50,649 bases of DNA from a virus. The DNA lies in the IMG/VR virus record IMGVR_UViG_3300024520_000005, positions 1-50,649 of that record; one strand, given 5' to 3'. Of the stretch, positions 42,449 through 49,595 are shown piece after piece. Each line of letters opens with the position of its first letter. Within the stretch, counting starts at the first letter, position 1. The notes below the pieces were generated by a model, which worked only from the letters and a program-made list of their open reading frames with translations, ran no database searches and was not told the DNA's origin. Position numbers and translations under genes: made by a program.

Positions 42449-42793
42449 ATGAACAAGAAAGAATACAATGGCTGGACGAATTATGAGACATGGGTGACGG
42501 CATTGCATATTGGCAACGAAGCATCATCATGTGATTACGCTCTAGGGATGACGCGCGAAGCCTTATCTCAACAGAATGACGTTGACACTTGGACGAAAGC
42601 GCAGCATACCAAATTCACATTAGCAGATATGCTCAAAGATTGGATTGGGGACGATATCCTTGAAAGCAATAGTGTTGACGGATTAGCCCTTGATCTAATG
42701 CGAGCAGCAGTGTCTGAAGTCAACTGGGATGAAATAGCATCACACTATATTGGCAAGGTTGCCGATATAGACTCTTGCGAATCCGTAGCCTAA
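42449..42793 (+). CDS. conserved phage/plasmid-type hypothetical protein (114 aa)
   Basis: GAAGGGGA SD. N-terminal NGWTNYETWVTALHIGNE motif, recalled from a widespread uncharacterised family. Confidence 0.6.
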   Translation: MNKKEYNGWTNYETWVTALHIGNEASSCDYALGMTREALSQQNDVDTWTKAQHTKFTLADMLKDWIGDDILESNSVDGLALDLMRAAVSEVNWDEIASHYIGKVADIDSCESVA

Positions 42794-42886
42794 CCCTCCC
42801 CCCGCTGGCACTAGCCTTTGCGGGTTAGTGCTAGCAAGGTGAGGAGTTGAGCAGGTTAACGCGGGAATAATTGGAAGGGGAATATC

Positions 42887-43168
42887 ATGATAACAGTATT
42901 GGCAGTAGATTACGACCATATGCCAGACGGTGCAGAGTATCCAGTAGAGCGGGGCATGACAGTTAGGCAGGCATTATCCGCACTACGCAAGGCGGGGCGG
43001 GAGAATCTAGGCAGTATAGGCAATGTCCATATCACACTTAGCGACTATAGCAGCATATCCACGCCATTGCAGATAGACGGCGGGGGGCGGCTCCTGAATA
43101 GCCAACAGCTCACGCGCATATCTGTAGATGCTGGATGGGAGACGATAGATCGTCACTATGCATGGTAA
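42887..43168 (+). CDS. hypothetical protein (93 aa)
   Basis: GGAAGGGGA SD. Confidence 0.6.
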   Translation: MITVLAVDYDHMPDGAEYPVERGMTVRQALSALRKAGRENLGSIGNVHITLSDYSSISTPLQIDGGGRLLNSQQLTRISVDAGWETIDRHYAW

Positions 43169-43255
43169 GCATAACGCGGCATACGGGGAAAAGCCACGCA
43201 AGGCGGGAATTGACAAGGAACAGAAGGGGAAAAGGTTAAAAAGGGGGTTGCAATA

Positions 43256-43447
43256 ATGAGGTGTAAGAAAATGACAGCAAAAGAGGGGGCGCGCGTTGGG
43301 ATATCCATGTTCCCAAACTTCCACAAAACGGGAAGCATTAGGGGCATGAAAAAGCTGTATTATGGGGAAAATGCGCTTTTGGTGTGCTGCGGACAGTGGA
43401 TATACAACGTCACATCTAGACGGGGAATCTATGAGCAGGCACACTAA
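43256..43447 (+). CDS. hypothetical protein (63 aa)
   Basis: AAGGGGG SD. Confidence 0.45.
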   Translation: MRCKKMTAKEGARVGISMFPNFHKTGSIRGMKKLYYGENALLVCCGQWIYNVTSRRGIYEQAH

Positions 43448-43694
43448 TCCACCAAATACACCTTGGCGCGAAAGTGGAATTAATGGGGCGCGAAGCTGGA
43501 GGTGCTTGGTTTGTAGGGAATATATCTGCGGATGGGGTTGCGTAGGGGAGAAAACTAATCCCGACAAGATGCTCGGAGGACGTACTTGCCAGAATTGTGG
43601 AAAGAGTTTTGTCGTTCACCCAGAAGATGGGTGCTACCTTTGGGGCTTATGCCCCAGATGCAGGCGGTTATCCGCAACACGTAATAGTAATTAA
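43431..43694 (+). CDS. zinc-ribbon protein (87 aa)
   Basis: Internal ATG after GGGGAA. CLVC...CQNC...CPRC pairs. Confidence 0.5.
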   Translation: MSRHTNPPNTPWRESGINGARSWRCLVCREYICGWGCVGEKTNPDKMLGGRTCQNCGKSFVVHPEDGCYLWGLCPRCRRLSATRNSN

Positions 43695-43845
43695 GGGGAA
43701 AATCATACCAACCTACAAGATCCAGCCATACATAGACTGCGGCAAGCGGCGAAAGCTGACAAAGAATGATACATGCCTTGACTGCGAGGTCATCCTGGAG
43801 CGGGGACGAGAGAAAAATAGGCAGGGGAGAAGGAGAAAGCAATGA
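43627..43845 (+). CDS. hypothetical basic protein, start uncertain
   Basis: Needed to fill 43695-43841, but every canonical start overlaps the previous gene by 68-98 nt and lacks an SD. Confidence 0.3.
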   Translation: MGATFGAYAPDAGGYPQHVIVIKGKIIPTYKIQPYIDCGKRRKLTKNDTCLDCEVILERGREKNRQGRRRKQ

Positions 43846-44132
43846 ATACATTTACACCGAACAAAAAAAGATGGAGTGACCCTATGTTTTGCGACCATTG
43901 CGGGAGGGTGATTGATGAACACAATGAGGGAGGGAAGTGTATGACCGCAAGTAATATACGCGTTGACAAGCACCCCAGAGGATGCTATGTCGCCACTTGC
44001 ATGGTGGGGGTGAGTGGCTCTCGGGCATGGGGGAACACGCGGGATAAGGCGGCTAGGCGACTGTATGAATTAGTGCATATAGAGAATGGTTACAACTGGC
44101 CTAAAGTCACGGCGAGCAGCGAGGAGGAATAA
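43842..44132 (+). CDS. Cys-rich hypothetical protein (96 aa)
   Basis: ATGA overlap, GGAGAAGGAG upstream. Confidence 0.6.
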   Translation: MNTFTPNKKRWSDPMFCDHCGRVIDEHNEGGKCMTASNIRVDKHPRGCYVATCMVGVSGSRAWGNTRDKAARRLYELVHIENGYNWPKVTASSEEE

Positions 44133-44350
44133 TGCTGGCTAACTCGCCTAAATGTTGGCGTTGCGGCCATTATCTCGACTACACAGTTGGTCCCAATATA
44201 CCTGCTGGATGGGTGTGCCCTACGTGTGAGCGCATCAATAAAGAGCATCAAGAAAGACTTGAAGCTATGAAGAATGATATCAGGCAGGGGGAGATTGCAT
44301 CAATGGGGAAAAGCCGAAAACTAACACTTGACATCTACACTACTACATGA
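44132..44350 (+). CDS. zinc-ribbon protein (72 aa)
   Basis: GAGGAGG SD, CWRC...CPTC. Confidence 0.6.
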   Translation: MLANSPKCWRCGHYLDYTVGPNIPAGWVCPTCERINKEHQERLEAMKNDIRQGEIASMGKSRKLTLDIYTTT

Positions 44351-44393
44351 AATGATGACCTACGCAATGAGAGAACACACACATACACACAAT

Positions 44394-44492
44394 ATGGCCC
44401 GAAGGCGCGGCAGAGTAACATCCTTGAGCGCAACGCTCATCCTCTCATTGCAACGCGCTGGAGGGCCTCTCTTTAGGGGAGAAAGCTCATGA
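44394..44492 (+). CDS. possible 32-codon upstream ORF coupled by ATGA to the next gene
   Basis: ATG after a CA-rich leader with no SD. Ends in an ATGA overlap with 44489. Speculative. Confidence 0.2.
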   Translation: MARRRGRVTSLSATLILSLQRAGGPLFRGESS

Positions 44493-44710
44493 CAGACACT
44501 ATCACAATACCACTCAAGGCAGCAGAGAAGGCCGTGCGGAATCAGGCCCGAGTCAACAAGCTGGAGGCAGAGCTTCGGGAGGCTAGGGTGTGCTTGCGTA
44601 ACGCTATGGAGTTCATATGTGACATCATGCAGTGTACTGATGTAGACATAGATCACGACAAGATATGGAAACGGTGGAAAAGGGCGGCGCAGGGAGCCTT
44701 GGACAAATGA
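44489..44710 (+). CDS. hypothetical coiled-coil protein (73 aa)
   Basis: AGGGGAGAA SD. Confidence 0.6.
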   Translation: MTDTITIPLKAAEKAVRNQARVNKLEAELREARVCLRNAMEFICDIMQCTDVDIDHDKIWKRWKRAAQGALDK

Positions 44711-44817
44711 ACATACTAATATACATCTGCCTTACATGGCTAATCGTAGGGGCACTCTGGATCGGCGTGGAATTCTTCTCGGCATGGGCAAGAAAGGAGC
44801 AATCATGGGAAGCGTAA
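44707..44817 (+). CDS. small membrane protein (36 aa)
   Basis: ATGA overlap, one hydrophobic helix. Confidence 0.4.
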   Translation: MNILIYICLTWLIVGALWIGVEFFSAWARKEQSWEA

Positions 44818-44912
44818 GCATATTCGAGATCATTGGCGTATGCTCGGTGATGCTGCTACTGAGTGCGGGCATATTGGCAGGCGCAGACAAGGCGCGGAAA
44901 GGCGGTGAGTGA
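44805..44912 (+). CDS. small membrane protein (35 aa)
   Basis: AAAGGAG SD, one hydrophobic helix, ends in KGGE. Confidence 0.4.
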   Translation: MGSVSIFEIIGVCSVMLLLSAGILAGADKARKGGE

Positions 44913-45280
44913 TGAAAGCGTGGGGATGCAGTGACGACGAGTGCGGTGTGATTGTCTTTGCGGCAACTAGAGGCAAGGCGCGAACATTGGCGCATCAGGC
45001 ATCAGGCTGCTTTGATTGCGCGGAGTGGACCGAGATAAGCGTGACTCGTATTCCCGCGTTGGATGGGCGCAGAGATGCCGAATACATCGCAGACTGGTAT
45101 GTGGATCAGCGAATGTATTACGAATCAGGTTGGTACTCCGAAGGCCAAGACAATCCGCAATGCACCACATGCGGGCTGTATGAGTACGCAGGCATACCAG
45201 AAAGCCACATATCTGATTGGGATGAACATGAACGCGCTGGCACTTGCGAGGCATGTAAGGCCGCAGGGAGGCCGCAATGA
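44912..45280 (+). CDS. Cys-rich hypothetical protein (122 aa)
   Basis: Start taken at the ATG at 44912 (the track ORF begins at a GTG at 44909). GGCGGTGAG upstream. Confidence 0.6.
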   Translation: MKAWGCSDDECGVIVFAATRGKARTLAHQASGCFDCAEWTEISVTRIPALDGRRDAEYIADWYVDQRMYYESGWYSEGQDNPQCTTCGLYEYAGIPESHISDWDEHERAGTCEACKAAGRPQ

Positions 45281-45423
45281 AACGACTCGCAGCAATCTAC
45301 ATACTCTCTGCCCTGGCATGGCTGGCAATGGCGGCATTGAGCAGGGAATGGGTGTATCTCTGCATGGTGGGCTTTTGCTTGATCATGGCGGGGGTGGTGG
45401 TGGACAGGAAGGGGAAGAAATGA
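45277..45423 (+). CDS. small two-helix membrane protein (48 aa)
   Basis: ATGA overlaps at both ends. Confidence 0.4.
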   Translation: MKRLAAIYILSALAWLAMAALSREWVYLCMVGFCLIMAGVVVDRKGKK

Positions 45424-45644
45424 ACTACAACGAAGCTAAATGTGCGGCACTAGGGGCAGCTTTGGGTTTGGCGATGGCAGACAGAAAGCCCAAGCCTGTC
45501 ACTCGGCTGATGAATATATGCCCGAAATGCCATGTGGGGAATAGTACCGAGCTGGCTGTGTGTCTGCATTGCGGGGCGCAGATGCCGCAGCATATACTGA
45601 AAGAATGCAGCATAACCAAGAAGGGAAGTGAAAGATGCCATTAA
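45420..45644 (+). CDS. zinc-ribbon protein (74 aa)
   Basis: ATGA overlap, CPKC...CLHC. Confidence 0.5.
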   Translation: MNYNEAKCAALGAALGLAMADRKPKPVTRLMNICPKCHVGNSTELAVCLHCGAQMPQHILKECSITKKGSERCH

Positions 45645-46279
45645 CAGCGACAGAAGGCGGTGGTGGGGATAGGCAGATTGTAGCAGCAGGGCCGAAGATA
45701 GCTCGATGCTATTTAATCTGCGACATAGGTACTCAGGAGAATACGTATGCTGGGGACCTGAAGATTGTGCATCAGGTGGTAGTAGGCTGGGAGATCCCTG
45801 CTGAACGCATCACAATCAAGGATAGGGACCTTCCTGTAGCCATCTCTAAGCTCTACACATTGAGCCTGCATGAGAAGGCAAATCTACGCAAGGATCTGGA
45901 CTCTTGGCGGGGCAAGTCGTTTACAGGGGATGAGCTTGGCGGCTTTGATCTCAAGAATGTGCTTGGCGTTCCTTGCCAGCTTCAAGTGGTCCATAGAGAA
46001 GGCGGGAATGGAAAGATGTATGCCAACGTAGCAACGGTGATGGGTGTTCCTGCTGGGCTAGACGTTCCTGCTGCCGAGAATCCTGCACAATACTTCTCAT
46101 TAGAAGAGGGTGGCGACATTCCTGAGAACATTCCGCAATGGATAGTGGATAAGATTCACGAAAGCCATGAATGGAAAGACAGGCAGGCAGGGGATGCAGC
46201 TAGGGATGCCGAAGCTGGCGTAGTATTCCCTGATGAGGAGCCGCCTACTGTTGGCGCGAATGATGATCTGCCGTTTTAG
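45635..46279 (+). CDS. single-stranded DNA-binding protein, DUF669 type
   Basis: LSLHEKANLRKDLDSWRGKSFT block recalled from DUF669 proteins. Acidic C-terminal tail ending in DDLPF like the SSB interaction tails. Confidence 0.6.
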   Translation: MPLTATEGGGGDRQIVAAGPKIARCYLICDIGTQENTYAGDLKIVHQVVVGWEIPAERITIKDRDLPVAISKLYTLSLHEKANLRKDLDSWRGKSFTGDELGGFDLKNVLGVPCQLQVVHREGGNGKMYANVATVMGVPAGLDVPAAENPAQYFSLEEGGDIPENIPQWIVDKIHESHEWKDRQAGDAARDAEAGVVFPDEEPPTVGANDDLPF

Positions 46280-46285
46280 GGAGGA

Positions 46286-47083
46286 ATGATGAAGATACCT
46301 GTACCAACTAAGATTAAGCGGCATCAGCAGGAAGGGGGGCATTGGTATAGTCCTACAGGGGAGCTTGTTACGCAAGTTCCCTCCGCCGATGGGAAGAAGC
46401 TGGTCACTACCACCCTCCGTCAAGCTCGCAAGCTGGGGCTGTTCCCGTCTGTCACTACCATCCTGAAAAGCATATCAAGCTACGGGCTAGTGAATTGGCA
46501 GATAGAGAACGGGATCAAGACAGCTTACATGAATCCACCAATGAAGGATGAAACGGAGGACAACTGGCTAGATAGGATCATCGAAGAAAGCCGTGAGATT
46601 ACGCGCCACGCAGCAGAACGGGGGACGGAGATTCACGCGGCTATCGAGAAGTATCTTGAAAGCGGCAAGCTGCCTAAGGATGATGTGCTTAAAGCATCTT
46701 GTCAGGGTGTGAAGGGGCTGCTTGATGGCTCTAAGTATGAAGTAGAAACACCATTCTGCTCCAAGCGGCTAGGCTGGGCTGGAAGGGCTGACATCACGAC
46801 AGAACATAGCGTCATTGATATCAAGACTGTCGAGATGAATAAGAAAAGCTATAGCTGGCCCTACTTCAAGCATGGGCTACAGCTTGCCGCGTATGCTATG
46901 GGGCTGAACATGCACAGCGCAAGGCTCATTAACATCTATGTGTGCAGGCTCAGTGGCACCTGCAAGGCGATAGAATGGGGAATAGATACCAGATATGCCC
47001 CTGAGGAGCTTAAGCGCGCCTACGGGCATCTGTACGAGGCTTGGGTGATTGAGAAGCGGTTTGATCCTAGAAAGGAAAGCTAA
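46286..47083 (+). CDS. PD-(D/E)XK (RecB/Cas4-like) nuclease
   Basis: GTEIH, GRADI...VIDIKT (D...D-x-K) and QLAAY (QxxxY). The start may be the second ATG at 46289. Confidence 0.6.
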   Translation: MMKIPVPTKIKRHQQEGGHWYSPTGELVTQVPSADGKKLVTTTLRQARKLGLFPSVTTILKSISSYGLVNWQIENGIKTAYMNPPMKDETEDNWLDRIIEESREITRHAAERGTEIHAAIEKYLESGKLPKDDVLKASCQGVKGLLDGSKYEVETPFCSKRLGWAGRADITTEHSVIDIKTVEMNKKSYSWPYFKHGLQLAAYAMGLNMHSARLINIYVCRLSGTCKAIEWGIDTRYAPEELKRAYGHLYEAWVIEKRFDPRKES

Positions 47084-47084
47084 C

Positions 47085-47603
47085 ATGAGCAAGGAAATCA
47101 CGCGGGACATGCTGAAGGATGGGATGAGGGTGAGGTGCAAGATTCTCGGGGAGCAGATAGATGATGCACAGATTGAGATAACGCCTGCGGGCAGCATCTA
47201 TATATGCCAAAATCAGTGTGACGGCTTTGAAAGCGGGAGTGATATGCATGGATATCATTACGCATGGCTTGCCGCACGTGCGGGCGAGATTCTTAAATAT
47301 GGGATGAAGAGAGAGGACATCACTGACCTCCGTATAGTCGGGCTTGAAGCCGCCCCCAAGAAGCCGCGCCCATACATCACGTCAATGCGTACAGACTATG
47401 ACGAGAAGGGGAAGGCTCGCTATACAACCTACACCTACAATGATGGCGTGGAGATGTGTAACGAAAGAATACGTGAAAGCGTTACGTCTGAGGCCGAATC
47501 CCCTGCAGATTACGCCGAAGGCATAGCCAAGCTGCGGCGGGAAGCTAACAGGCGGGCAGGGATACTTAGACGCTGGGAGCGGAAGTTCGGGGAGGGGTCA
47601 TGA
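47085..47603 (+). CDS. hypothetical protein (172 aa)
   Basis: Internal ATG after GAAAGGAAAG. Confidence 0.6.
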   Translation: MSKEITRDMLKDGMRVRCKILGEQIDDAQIEITPAGSIYICQNQCDGFESGSDMHGYHYAWLAARAGEILKYGMKREDITDLRIVGLEAAPKKPRPYITSMRTDYDEKGKARYTTYTYNDGVEMCNERIRESVTSEAESPADYAEGIAKLRREANRRAGILRRWERKFGEGS

Positions 47604-48169
47604 ACATTCTGGTTGCCTGCGAGTTCAGCGGGATTGTGCGGGATGCCTTCTGCAAGCTGGGCCATGACGCATGGAGCTGCGATCTACTTGAGTCAGAGCG
47701 GGACGGGAATCATATCGTAGGTGATGTCGCTGCTATCATGGAAGCTGGCACATGGGATATGATGATAGCCCATCCTCCCTGTACGCATCTAGCTGTTTCT
47801 GGCGCGAGATGGTTCAAAGATAAGCAGCAGGAGCAGGCTGATGCTATCAAGTTTGTGGAAATGCTGTGGCATTCCGGTATTCCACGCATATGCATAGAGA
47901 ATCCAGTCGGCGTATTACCCAGACTCAGCTCCCTTGGCAAAGCTACGCAATGGATACAACCTTGGCAATTCGGGCATGGCGAGACTAAGAAAACGGGGCT
48001 ATGGCTCAAAGGATTGCCGCTATTGGAGCCTACTAAGATAGCAGAAGGGCGGGAAGGCCGCGTCTGGAAGATGGCACCAGGCCCCGATAGATGGAAGGAG
48101 CGAAGCAGGACATACACAGGGATTGCCGAAGCAATGGCAGATCAATGGGGAAGGGGAATCACATCATGA
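47600..48169 (+). CDS. compact C5-cytosine DNA methyltransferase-like protein (189 aa)
   Basis: ILVACEFSG (motif I-like), HPPC (motif IV) and IENPVG (motif VI). No room for a separate target-recognition domain. Confidence 0.5.
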   Translation: MNILVACEFSGIVRDAFCKLGHDAWSCDLLESERDGNHIVGDVAAIMEAGTWDMMIAHPPCTHLAVSGARWFKDKQQEQADAIKFVEMLWHSGIPRICIENPVGVLPRLSSLGKATQWIQPWQFGHGETKKTGLWLKGLPLLEPTKIAEGREGRVWKMAPGPDRWKERSRTYTGIAEAMADQWGRGITS

Positions 48170-48375
48170 ACCTGGAAGAATTATGGCAGCATCTCAGGCA
48201 GCTATACCCCCGAATCCGCAGCGAGGAAGTCAAGCTGTCTAAGCGGGAGCTGGAGGGGATTGTAGACTTCGCCTATGCCGTGGCCCAGAAGACAGGCTAT
48301 GTGGAAGGCTACAGGGAAGGCGGGGACATGGCTATAGGGAAGATTAAGCAGGTGTTCGGGAAGGGGGAGGGATGA
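48166..48375 (+). CDS. hypothetical protein (69 aa)
   Basis: ATGA overlap. Confidence 0.55.
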   Translation: MNLEELWQHLRQLYPRIRSEEVKLSKRELEGIVDFAYAVAQKTGYVEGYREGGDMAIGKIKQVFGKGEG

Positions 48376-48509
48376 AGGGGATTGTGCTGACGATGGTAGC
48401 TAACCTGATCCTGTGTGCGGTCCATGTCCACTTTGGGTCATATAGCTGGGCCGTATTCAGTGGCGGGATTAGCCTATTCGCAATGATGGTGATTGCTAAG
48501 GAGATATAG
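48372..48509 (+). CDS. small membrane protein (45 aa)
   Basis: ATGA overlap, two hydrophobic segments. Confidence 0.4.
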   Translation: MKGIVLTMVANLILCAVHVHFGSYSWAVFSGGISLFAMMVIAKEI

Positions 48510-48511
48510 TT

Positions 48512-48901
48512 ATGACAGAAGCATACATAGAGAACGCCGCGATCATGCTGATTGAATGGCAGGGGGATGGAGCTGCTAAGGTGAGGACGTTCAGGAGCAG
48601 GGAGGAGCTGCTGAAGGGGGTGGGAGCGAGCGAGGAAGGCGTGGATGACAACCATGCCTGTGAAACCTGCGAGCATGAAGATGTGCGTGGCGGCGAGGAA
48701 CCATGCCATAGCTGTGAGCCAGATTTTGGCGTGGACAACTGGGAAGCTAAGGTAGTGGAGCCAGAGGACTATGCCTGCACAACCTGCGAGCATGAAGCTG
48801 TATGCGCTCGCCAGAAGCCGCACGTTACCTGTAGGCCACGTGATGGCGTGGGCGGCTGGGAAGCAAAAGAAAAGCTGAAAGAAATAGTTGACAGCGATTA
48901 G
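48512..48901 (+). CDS. protein with duplicated CxxCEHE...C..C...WEAK zinc module (129 aa)
   Basis: AAGGAG SD. Internal 117-nt (39-codon) tandem duplication with units starting at 48656 and 48773. Confidence 0.6.
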   Translation: MTEAYIENAAIMLIEWQGDGAAKVRTFRSREELLKGVGASEEGVDDNHACETCEHEDVRGGEEPCHSCEPDFGVDNWEAKVVEPEDYACTTCEHEAVCARQKPHVTCRPRDGVGGWEAKEKLKEIVDSD

Positions 48902-48917
48902 GCAGGGGTGGTAAGGT
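48888..48917 (+). promoter_or_regulatory. sigma70 promoter with extended -10 (TTGACA-18-TGgTAAGGT)
   Basis: TTGACA at 48888-48893, TG at 48909-48910, TAAGGT at 48912-48917. Confidence 0.45.
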
Positions 48918-48923
48918 AGGAAC

Positions 48924-49040
48924 ACTGATGAGACATAACACAATATCTATTAAATCAAAACTAACTAGCCCCAGAACGATTCTGCCTTCGGGTAGCGTGT
49001 GTCTCATCAGGCCGCGCGGGATCGTCGAGGGGCTTTTTTC
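48924..49040 (+). ncRNA. candidate ~117-nt structured RNA or transcription attenuator
   Basis: Perfect 11-bp long-range stem (48925-48935 / 49000-49010). C(UUCG)G hairpin at 48982-48995. Crossing helix 48968-48980 / 49021-49033 followed by TTTTTTCTTT. No credible ORF. Confidence 0.4.
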
Positions 49041-49187
49041 TTTATGTGGCAGGAACTGCATCACGGGACGGTTCTCGGAACGCTGTGTGCAGCAGAGGTC
49101 TTGGAGTGGACGCGTGTTGCACCGTACACTCCCTGCCTGCCACTATTTTTCCAGTGGAAGGGCTGGGGAAGGTCAGGAGTGTGTGTT

Positions 49188-49595
49188 ATGAGTGAATGGA
49201 GCGAGAAGTATAAAGACCCAAGATGGAAACAGAAGCGATCAGAGATTATCAAGAGAGACAATAGCCGTTGCTGTATTTGTATGGCTGAAGATAGTCATTT
49301 AGAGGTGCATCATGACTACTACACCCCCTCTGCTGATGGTCCGTGGGATTATCCAGACACATCCCTCACCACCCTCTGCCCTGCATGTCATAAGGTTATG
49401 ACTGCGACAACGAGAGCTGTTAAAGCCGCCCTTTTTATCTTCGTCAATAAGCGGCAATGGTACGACTTCATTGTTAGCGATAGCGCAGAGGACACTATGT
49501 ATCTTGTGAGGTCGATAATGGAAGCGTTAAGTCGAGCAAGAGACGGCAGCAGGGCGTCACTGAAGCTATGGGGTAACGAAGGGGGTGCAGAATGA
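49188..49595 (+). CDS. HNH-motif protein (135 aa)
   Basis: AGGAG SD at the internal ATG. CCIC...HLEVHHDYY...LCPACH. Confidence 0.55.
   Translation: MSEWSEKYKDPRWKQKRSEIIKRDNSRCCICMAEDSHLEVHHDYYTPSADGPWDYPDTSLTTLCPACHKVMTATTRAVKAALFIFVNKRQWYDFIVSDSAEDTMYLVRSIMEALSRARDGSRASLKLWGNEGGAE

Noticed and set aside
42807-42832. 10-bp (two GU pairs) hairpin after the gene ending at 42793, as a terminator
   Set aside because: No U-tract follows and the stem is imperfect. It may be an RNA-stability element, but the evidence is too thin to annotate.
43210-43215. TTGACA in the gap before the gene at 43256
   Set aside because: No -10-like hexamer at 16-19 nt (AGGTTA/GGTTAA).
43007-43567. 186-aa minus-strand ORF in the early arm
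   Set aside because: It is antisense to several SD-preceded plus-strand genes, and its composition (P/L/S/C-rich) is not protein-like.
48344-48943. 199-aa minus-strand ORF that looks like a multi-pass membrane protein
   Set aside because: It lies antisense to three ATGA/SD-linked plus genes, including the internally duplicated zinc protein. Its apparent hydrophobic repeats simply mirror that duplication.
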